Assembly: GCA_010909165.1 (NCBI GenBank)
Contig: MU008204.1
Location: 1-7,015 of the forward strand
Reading direction: 5' to 3'
DNA length: 7,015 nucleotides
From: Anthoceros angustus
Taxonomy: Eukaryota; Plantae; Anthocerotophyta
The notes under the pieces were generated by a model that saw only the letters and a list, made by a program, of their open reading frames with translations, was not told where the DNA came from and made no database searches. Shown in pieces: positions 1 to 6,492 of the stretch; within the stretch, counting starts at the first letter, position 1, and the number at the start of each line of letters is the position of its first letter. A program made the position numbers and the translations under genes.

Positions 1-476
1 TGCGTGATCCTCAACAAGCTAACGGTGGAATACGCGACTGGGATCTTAAGCTTCACTCGCCTGGGCATGGATCGCAGAAAATAACAACGCAACAAACACC
101 GTACTACCTCACCTCATTCTCCTAATGCCTATTGAGTTTGAAATTCCCACCTGATCAGGAAACTAACCGCATGGCAGAGGAAAGTCACCGAACGCCCGGT
201 CGCCTTCGCTAAACATACAGAGGATAGGGAGCGCGTCATGCGTGATATTCAAAGCGGAAAATATGGCATGACAATCTTGGGAAGCAAGAGTGGGTAGTTC
301 CGTGACTTGGCCTCACAGACGACAATAGGTACATGCACTTTCGGCAAGCTCCACCTTCGTGGATGGGGCCATATAGAGTTCTCAAGTCAAGAATGGATCC
401 GATAACCGCAAGAACTAGGTGGCCTCCACTACCAACCCGAGTCAATGGGTGGAGGGTCAAGAAGTATTATACCTAA
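1..476 (+). mobile_element. Degenerate Ty3/Gypsy LTR-retrotransposon pol 3' end (integrase C-terminal part with GPY/F motif, no chromodomain)
   Basis: Manual translation across frameshifts gives ...RDWDLKLHS...ITTQQTPYYL...LMPIEFEIPT...KRKIWHDNLGKQ...DNRYMHF(P)GKLHL(R)WMGPYRVLK...NGS...LPTRVNGWRVKKYYT* (TAA 474-476). This matches the known Gypsy integrase tail pattern DWDxKL..TPxxL..PxE..WHD..GKL..W.GPY.V..NG.R.K.Y. Many indels. Not in the ORF track. Confidence 0.85.
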
Positions 477-498
477 GTTGGCGAGGGCACCAACAAAT

Positions 499-510
499 GA
501 GAAGGGAGTA
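499..510 (+). other. Polypurine tract (PPT) of the Gypsy element
   Basis: GAGAAGGGAG(TA) lies about 22 nt after the pol stop and immediately before TGTAAA at 511, the canonical PPT/3'-LTR junction. Confidence 0.65.
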
Positions 511-674
511 TGTAAACGATCTGGACTTGGAAACCCTGTTGGGACGTGCCTGGAAGTAGTCCTCTAGTATCCGGCAAATGCCTGGCCGCTGTAATGTAGA
601 CTAGACAATCCTATGTGCCCTAGGGCAGGGAGTAGGATGCGCTACTACCCAGTGTATGTGACGGAAGTTCTACA
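511..674 (+). mobile_element. Candidate 3' LTR (start well supported, end tentative)
   Basis: Begins TGTAAAC right after the PPT. GTTCTACA ending at 674 is an imperfect inverted match giving TG...CA termini. The 5' LTR is outside the window, so the end cannot be confirmed. Confidence 0.45.
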
Positions 675-774
675 ACGCGCAGAGGAGAAATCCATCTTCA
701 TCCGCTGAATGTGCAAGCAATTCCTCTGGATGGATGGGTGGACAAATCGTCGGTGGGTGGAAGTGAAATCCCAG

Positions 775-1632
775 CTAGGAGCGGAGTGTGGAGACGACTT
801 TTCGAGAAGAGGAGAACGCTAACACCGCCAGAATGAGAAACGTGACGAAGGCCATAGCCGAAACCGTTTCCGCTTTGGAGCACAGTGAACTGATGGAGGT
901 CGTCGCAGACTCTGTTGTCATTGACTCCGTCGCCATTTCTGTATACCACTATCAGGGTGGCCGTGGAGGCGCCAGCGGCGAAGACGAGGTAGGCCAGTAT
1001 CTGCGTACCAGGAGCGAGAGCGAGGTCAGACAATCGCACTTGTTCCAATCCCGGCCCGCAAGGAGTGGAACGCAGCCTCTGAGGCGTCCCACCTGGTCGA
1101 CGACGAAGGTGAGCAAGGAGCCGGCGTAACGGGCTGTGGCGTTGTACGCCATAATGATGAGAAAGATCTGCACCAGCTCGTACACCCCGACGATGACGAC
1201 GGCGGCGAGGAGGAATCTGGCAGTGCGTGGGGCAAAGCAACCAAACCAAACAGCTCAGGCGGTGGCATTTGCAGACAGTCGGGAACCCAGACAAAGACGA
1301 GACCAAACGGAAGGAAACGAAACGAGAAGAGAGCTTGGTTGGGAAGAGTAGTCCAGACAGGTGCACTGCTCTTGCTCACTTGAAGGGCGCAAGGTGGAGC
1401 GCAACGAAAGAGAGCGAGAAGGCCTCCCGTTGGAGTCGAGGTATGTCACCGTTTGCTTGGCTGCACCGCTTACGCCCGCGCAGACGAGGCCACCATCGCG
1501 GCGATGGCCCTCAACGCCATGTCCAGCGGGCCTGCCCCACCCTGAGGCTGTCCGCCTCCGACTCCATACCCCGCCGCCGCCGGCATACGCTGGTGCGCGC
1601 GCCACCCAGCGGAGCCCCGTCCCGATTCCCAT
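775..1632 (-). CDS. CASP-like (CASPL, DUF588/MARVEL-related) four-transmembrane protein; coding exons ~1632(or 1586)-1380, 1216-1093, 1000-775; contains apparent frameshifts
   Basis: Reconstructed protein: ...GPLDMALRAIAAM.GLVCAGVSGAAKQTVTYLDSNG.AFSLSFVALHLAPFK|FLLAAVVIVGVYELVQIFLIIMAYNATARYAGSLLTFVVDQ|ILAYLVFAAGASTATLIVVYRNGDGVNDNRVCDDLHQF.CSKAETVSAMAFVTFLILAVLAFSSSRKVVSTLRS* (TAG 777-775). CASPL hallmarks are present: TM1 'LR', 'KQT', 'F(K/R)FL...Y...Q', TM3 'DQ..AYL', loop 'C....FC'. GT-AG introns keep the frame. Indels near ~1490, ~1425 and 883-886. Start codon uncertain (ATG at 1632 or 1586). Confidence 0.85.
1001..1092 (-). other. Spliceosomal intron (92 nt) of the CASP-like gene
   Basis: CAG|GTGGGA donor, CTGAC branch-like motif, pyrimidine tract and GCAG|ATA acceptor. 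Phase 0, joining ...VVDQ to ILAYL... Confidence 0.85.
1217..1379 (-). other. Spliceosomal intron (163 nt) of the CASP-like gene
   Basis: AA|GTGAGC donor, T/C-rich body and CCAG|A acceptor. Phase 2, producing ...APFK-FLLAA... Confidence 0.8.
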
Positions 1633-1730
1633 CCTCCGCACCTGATGCCGCTCAACTCGCGGCTACCCCTCGGGCCCTTCCTGCTTCCCTCGCCTTCCTT
1701 CCCTACCGCGGCTTGCTGCAAACCAGGGCC

Positions 1731-1805
1731 CTGCGAGGAGAGGAGGAAGAGACCGGGCGGAGCGGAGGTCGATGCGGGCGAGGACTCGGTGACAATGCCT
1801 TGTAC
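1731..1805 (-). other. Possible 5'-UTR intron of the CASP-like gene
   Basis: The minus strand has a strong acceptor (TCTCTTCCTCCTCTCCTCGCAG|, 1752-1731) and a candidate donor GAG|GTACAA at 1805. The donor choice is uncertain. Confidence 0.4.
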
Positions 1806-2268
1806 CTCTGGCTCAAGAGTATAGGGCTCTGCACCGGAAGCTCCTCCGCACCTTCCTCATACCGCTGTTGCATTGCCCAAAGAACTTCTCAGCACTAGCA
1901 GCCGGAATGCGGGCTGACAACACGCGCAACGTTTGTTTAACGTTTCCGCGGCCGCCGTCGCCTCCTCCAATCACAGGATGGGATGACGGTATTGAGGAGG
2001 ACTTCTGGATTAGAACGTGCCGGCAGCCCTGCCCGTCCGCGCGCCCGCTGTTCATTCATCCCACAAGGTGCTGATGCTACTATGCGATTTGCGGCACCGC
2101 TTTTTCTTGTTGATCAGGTCACATGCCTGCAAATACCGACAGCCGGGACTCGAGTTACTTGCACTGCGATTAGCTGTTAACGAGTAGGGCAGCGTTACAA
2201 CAATGTTAGAGACTTAGTCCAGTGCCTTCACGTGAGCTTTAAGACGCTAGTGATTATAGTTGATTCAG

Positions 2269-2279
2269 GGATTCGAACC
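2269..2279 (-). promoter_or_regulatory. Perfect RNA Pol III B-box-like motif (GGTTCGAATCC)
   Basis: Plus-strand GGATTCGAACC is the reverse complement of the B-box consensus. An A-box-like TGGTCAGTCTGG lies at 2314-2303. No full tRNA cloverleaf could be built. Confidence 0.3.
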
Positions 2280-2389
2280 GCGGTGACCACGTTCCTGACG
2301 TTCCAGACTGACCAGACTTCCAGGGTACAGGTGCTGAGAGTTATGTGGGACGAAATTCAAGAGATGCGTTTCTCGGCTTGCCTGCGCGA

Positions 2390-5192
2390 ATGGGTGTGGA
2401 CGCCGTCGTCTGCAGAGGCAGAAGCAGCGCGGCTGGAGGTTGCTGGGCCGGCTTCGGCTGCGGTGCTTCCGCGAAGGAGCGTCGCTGCCGGACCCGGCTG
2501 GTGGCGAGGCCGGGGCGGGGCCATGGGGAAGTGCGCGTGCTGGTGCTGGTGCTGGTGGGTCGCGGAGGCGGTGCGGCCAGCTGGGGCGTGGTGGGCGATG
2601 GCGACGGGGCTGGAGTGGATCCGGAGCTGGTGACGGAGGGGACCGTGAGCCGGCTGTGCCAGCGGGGGCGCGTGGAGGAGGCGGTGGAGGCTCTGGGAGT
2701 TCTGGTGGAGAGGGATTGCCGGGTGTCGCACTCTCTGGTGTACGCGGTGCTGAAGAAATGTGCGGGGCAGAGGGACCTGGTGCTGGGCCGGCTGGTGCAC
2801 GCGCTGACTGTGAGAGTGGGATTCCAGGAGGACACGTTCCTGTGCAACCATCTCATACGGATGTACGCGGCGCACGGCAGGTTGCAAGACGCGATGGGTG
2901 TGTTTGCGGGGGTCCGGGAGCCGGATGCGTTCACCTGGTCGGCAGTGATTTCGTCCAACGTGAAGCACGGGAGGACGCGGAGGCCATCCGGCTGTACCAG
3001 CGGATGCGGGGTCGGGGTGAGGCCGGATGGGCATGTGTTTGTGGCGGCGCTGCAGGCTTGCGCCAGGGGCGGGGACTTGACGGCGGGGCAGCAGGTGCAT
3101 AGGGATTGGCTGGAGAGTGAGCTTCAGCCTAACGTGTTTGTTTCTAGCGGGTTGGTGGATATGTATGCCAAGTGTGGGATTTGGAGGAGGCGGAGAAGTT
3201 GTTTTACAGGCTGCTGGAGGGATGTGGTGACTTGGAATGCCATGTTGGCGGGGTATGCGCAGAAGGGCATGGGGCGGGAGGCTCTTCGGCTGTATAGGGA
3301 TATGCAGGAGGAGGGCGTGGTGGAACCCAATTCTGTGACGTTTGTGTGTGTTCTGCAGGCGTGTGCAAGTGTGGGGGCCGCGGCTTTGGAGGAGGGGAGG
3401 AAGCTGCATGCGCAAGTTCGGGAACGAGGGTTCCAGGGGGATGTTGTTGTGGGTGGGAGCCTGGTGAATATGTATGCCAGGTGTGGGAGCATTGAGGGGG
3501 CTCGGGGCGTGTTTCACAGGCTTGGGCAGAAGAATGTGGTGACTTGGAATGCTATGTTGGCGGGGTATTCGCAGCGGGGTATGGGGCAGGATGCGATAGG
3601 TATCTACCGGGGTATGGAGGAGGATGGTAGCATTGCGCCGGATGCTGTGACGTTTGTGTCGGTCCTGCAGGCGTGTGCCAGTGTGGGGAGCCCTGCTCTG
3701 GAGATGGGGAAGCAGCTTCATGCGCAGATTAAAGAACGAGGGTTCGAGGCTGATGTGTTTGTGGCTAACAGCTTGGTGACCATGTATGCTAAGTGTGGGA
3801 GCCTGGAGGATGCTCAGGGTGTGTTTGATGGGCTTGGTGAAAAGAATGTGGTGACCTGGACGGCCATGATAGCAGGGTATTCCCAGCAGGGCATGGGTCA
3901 GGAAGCCCTTCGGCTGTATGATGCAATGGGAGAAGAAGGGAGTGTTGCACTGGACTGGGTGACGTTTGTGTGCCTCCTGCAGGCATGTGCGAGTGTGGGC
4001 GCTGCAGCTCTTGAGAAAGGGAAGCAGCTGCATGCGAATTAGAGAGCGAGGATTTCAGGAGATGTGGTTGTAGGAGGGCCTGGTGAACATGTATGCCAAG
4101 TGCGGCAGCCTAGAGGATGCTCGGGAGTTTTTGGGATGGCTGAGAAGAATGTGGTGTCTTGGAACGCCATGTTAACAGGATATTGCCAACAGGGTGAGGG
4201 GCATGAGGCCCTGGGTCTTTACAGAGTAATGCAAGAAGAAGGCATCACTGAACCCGATTCAGTGACTTTCTTGTGCCTCCTGCAGGCATGTGCCAGCGTG
4301 GCAGCATTGCATCTTGGAAGGCAGATTCATGCACAGATCAAAGAACAAGGGCTGCAAGCGGATGCACTTGTAGCTGGGAGTCTGATAAACATGTATGGAA
4401 GTCCGGGAGCATGGCTGATGCACAGCAGGTGTTCGAGGCACTGCCCAAAAGAGACGTCGTCACCTGGAGTGCGCTTGATTGCGGGCTACACCCGCCAAGG
4501 AGACAGTGAAGTTGTCTTGACATGTTCCGCAGAATGAAGGAGGATGGTGTACAACCCGCTGGCATCACATTTCTTAGTGTCCTGACAGTATGCAGCCATG
4601 CAGGTCTTGTAAGCAGGGCCGAGCCGAGTACTTGAGCTAAGCAAGCACTCGGCATCACCCCACGGAAGAGCACTACTCATGCATGGTGGATCTCCTGGGC
4701 CGTGCTGGCCACCTGGGCGCCAGCTTTGGTGAGGACAATGCCTGTACCGCCTGACATTTCCATCTGGCATAATATACTGAGTGCTTGTCGGAAGTGGGGC
4801 AACGTGGAGGTGGGACGCCATGCTTTCCATGAAGCGCTGAAGCTGGACACCAAAGACCCGGCAGCGTATGTGTTGATGTCAAACATCTACAGCGGTGCCC
4901 AGATGTGGGAGCAGGCACGGGAGATGCAGGAGAGGAGACTGGAAAGTGGGGCATGGAAGCAGCCAGGCCAGAGCTGGTGGACAGATATGGACGGACTGGT
5001 GCATCGTTTTCAGGTTGGGGATATGAATCATCCGAGAGTGAAGGCATATATGCCAAGCTCAACCGGCTTTCTGAAATGAAGAAAGAAGGATATGTTCTGG
5101 CATATCTGGACCCGTCGTCACCGGGAGACGTTTTTTACGATGGAAAGGAAGATCGTTTTTGTCTGCACACTAACAAAGTGGCGGTCGCATAA
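2390..5192 (+). CDS. PLS-class pentatricopeptide repeat (PPR) protein, organellar RNA-editing factor type: N-terminal transit-peptide-like region, ~21 P/L/S motifs, E1-E2, WW-type PG box, truncated DYW; multiple apparent frameshifts
   Basis: Repeating P (VVTWNAMLAGYAQKG..EAL.LY..M...PN/D), L (VTFVCVLQACASVG...G..LHAQ) and S (V..SLV.MYAKCGS.EDA..VF) motifs. Terminal P2-L2-S2 (TFLSVLTVCSHAGLV; EHYSCMVDLLGRAG), E1 (ISIWHNILSACRKWGNVEVG), E2 (AAYVLMSNIYS) and KQPGQSWWTD..VHRFQVGD. Pieces are spread over ORFs 2345-4042, 4064-4537, 4273-4509, 4702-5079 and 4905-5192. No introns needed. Alternative in-frame ATG at 2345. Confidence 0.93.
3221..4452 (+). repeat. Internal ~312-bp tandem PLS-triplet repeat within the PPR gene (4 units)
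   Basis: (D/N)VV(T/S)W codons begin at 3221, 3533, 3845, 4148 and 4453 (spacings 312, 312, 303, 305). The units are clearly similar at DNA level. Confidence 0.9.
4756..5192 (+). other. E1-E2 motifs, PG box (PGQSWW, 4963-4980) and N-terminal half of a DYW deaminase domain ending FCLHTNKVAVA*
   Basis: Direct translation: HP.SEGIYAKLNRL..MKKEGYV...KEDRFCLHTNKVAVA aligns with the DYW consensus HP....IY..L..L...MK..GYV...KE..L..HSEKLAIA. Confidence 0.85.
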
Positions 5193-5356
5193 TGAATCGA
5201 GCTAGCCCCATCTCCGACGTAAACCACAAGCCAAGCGGAAAGTACAAGGTCTCACGGAAAATTGCGTTAACGCTCTTAAACCGATAGTGGAGTAAGGAGA
5301 TTCAAGGTTCGGCTCACCAGTATATCTTGATGGTTACTATGGGTGAAGATTGGCTA

Positions 5357-5460
5357 GGGGAGTAGAAGAAGAAGAAAAATTTTATTTAAGTCCACAAAGA
5401 ACGGTTTCGGGGAGTAGAAGAAGAAGAAGAGTTTTATTTAAGTCCACTAAGGACGGTTTC
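5357..5460. repeat. 52-bp tandem duplication containing (GAA)n and TTTTATTT
   Basis: 5357-5408 and 5409-5460 are identical at 48 of 52 positions. Confidence 0.95.
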
Positions 5461-5498
5461 CGACAGGGGACTTGGTACTTAACAACTTGTACCGCGTA

Positions 5499-5586
5499 CC
5501 TAAGCTACTTGCACCAAGGGCGTCCACTCCCTTTAGGCACCCTAAGCTACTTGCACCAAGGGCGTCCACTCCCTTTAGGCACCCTA
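5499..5586. repeat. 42-bp perfect tandem repeat (2 copies plus 4 nt)
   Basis: CCTAAGCTACTTGCACCAAGGGCGTCCACTCCCTTTAGGCAC at 5499 and 5541. Confidence 0.95.
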
Positions 5587-5717
5587 TCTAAGTACCGATC
5601 CAAGCTCAGGATGCTTAATCACGGCGGCACCCTATCTAAGTACCGATCCAAGCTCAGGATGCTTAATCACGGCGGCACCTATCTAAGTACCGATCCAAGC
5701 TCGGGATGCTTAATCAC
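5578..5717. repeat. 48-bp tandem repeat (~3 copies)
   Basis: GGCACCCTATCTAAGTACCGATCCAAGCTCAGGATGCTTAATCACGGC at 5578 and 5626, plus a near-identical third copy from 5674 (1-nt deletion, 1 substitution, truncated). Confidence 0.95.
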
Positions 5718-5834
5718 CGTAGCCGTGTGATTGCAATTTGAGGAAGGTCTTTTCGAGCACACACGACAAGTCCAAGAGACCATTGGCAAGGAGCAATGTA
5801 TTCAAGCATGATAGTTAGAGTTGGAAGTAGCATA

Positions 5835-6016
5835 CACATGCTTACCATAGGTCGTGTCACTCAATCATAACAAAACAAGCTTTGCTTCACTCACATGCTT
5901 ACCATAGATCATGTTACTCAATCATAACAAAACAAGCTTTGCTTCACTCAATCAAAATAAAACAAGCCTCATCACTCAATCACAACAAAACAAGCCTCAT
6001 GTCACTCAATCACAAC
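5835..6016. repeat. Nested tandem array: 57-bp duplication plus ~28-30-bp CACTCAATCAYAAYAAAACAAGC sub-repeats
   Basis: 57-bp units at 5835 and 5892. Core motif at about 5858, 5915, 5945, 5973 and (partial) 6003. Confidence 0.9.
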
Positions 6017-6023
6017 CTTCTAA

Positions 6024-6267
6024 GCTTACATACAAGCAACAAGTTTGGAATCCACACACTTGGTGCCCAAAGCACTTAGGAAAAGGTTGTACGTTTTAAG
6101 CTTACATATTTTACAACAAGTTTGGAATACACAATTGGTGTTTCAATGTACCTTTTATGCTTACATATTGAACAACAAGCTTGGAATCCACATTTGGTGT
6201 CTTGATGCACCTCTTACGCTTACATATTGATTAGCAAGCTTGAATTTACACTTGGTGGTCAAAGCAC
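6024..6267. repeat. Diverged ~59-bp tandem repeat (4 copies)
   Basis: GCTTACATA...CAAGYTTG(G)AAT..ACA..TTGGTG units start at 6024, 6100, 6159 and 6218. Confidence 0.9.
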
Positions 6268-6270
6268 AAA

Positions 6271-6492
6271 TACCGTGGTAAAAGGTTTGTAATTTAAAAG
6301 TAACTAATATCGGTGACTTCATTAACATACTCGTTACATACGTATAGAATACGTAGTATAGCCATCATATCGATGTCTTGGACTTTACCACGGACACTAA
6401 CGCTATGTGATTACTCGACATTTTACTACGGGGTAGTAAAACGTTGTAAAGTCCGTAGTAATCCGTGGTAAAAGTACACTTTCCTAGTAGTG
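6271..6492. mobile_element. Right terminus of a CACTA (En/Spm) DNA transposon: TIR plus subterminal repeats
   Basis: Ends TTTCCTAGTAGTG (reverse complement CACTACTAGGAAA, a typical CACTA TIR). It is preceded by clustered direct and inverted copies of a CCGTRGTAAA motif (6273+, 6384-, 6421-, 6431+, 6442+, 6453+, 6463+), as expected for CACTA subterminal regions. Base composition changes abruptly after 6492. Confidence 0.75.

Noticed and set aside
698-1366. 222-aa minus-strand ORF as a single-exon gene
   Set aside because: Only its 1000-887 part is the true CASPL frame. The rest reads through introns or out-of-frame exon sequence.
788-1898. Plus-strand ORFs (113, 71, 223, 94 aa)
   Set aside because: Antisense shadows of the GC-rich CASPL gene with low-complexity Arg/Pro/Ala-rich translations.
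2255-2335. Intact tRNA gene
   Set aside because: Only the B-box is convincing. A-B spacing is short, and acceptor and anticodon stems cannot be formed.
2357-4033. 558-aa antisense ORF (and other minus-strand ORFs over the PPR gene)
   Set aside because: Shadow of the G-rich repetitive PPR frame. The His/Pro/Leu-rich translation mirrors the 312-bp periodicity and resembles no known family.
4671-4680. CACTACTCAT as the left CACTA TIR
   Set aside because: It matches only the first 7 nt of the TIR, is not preceded by AGA, has no subterminal repeats, and is simply the conserved EHYS codons of the S2 motif.
4963-5192. U-to-C (KP-type / GRP / DRH) editing factor
   Set aside because: The box reads KQPGQSWW (WW type), not the KPAxA-type signature, and the deaminase motif is incomplete.
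5529-5586. Telomere-like words (TTTAGG, CCCTA)
   Set aside because: Isolated partial matches inside the 42-bp unit, with no tandem TTTAGGG array.
5499-5717. CRISPR-like repeat/spacer appearance
   Set aside because: The 'spacers' are identical copies, the shared motif is only about 9 bp, there are no cas genes, and the context is eukaryotic with spliceosomal introns.
5350-5730. 126-aa ORF with repeated peptides (LSYLHQGRPLPLGT, LSKYRSKLRMLNHGGT)
   Set aside because: By-product of 42- and 48-bp unit lengths being multiples of 3. It starts at TTG and has no recognisable domain.
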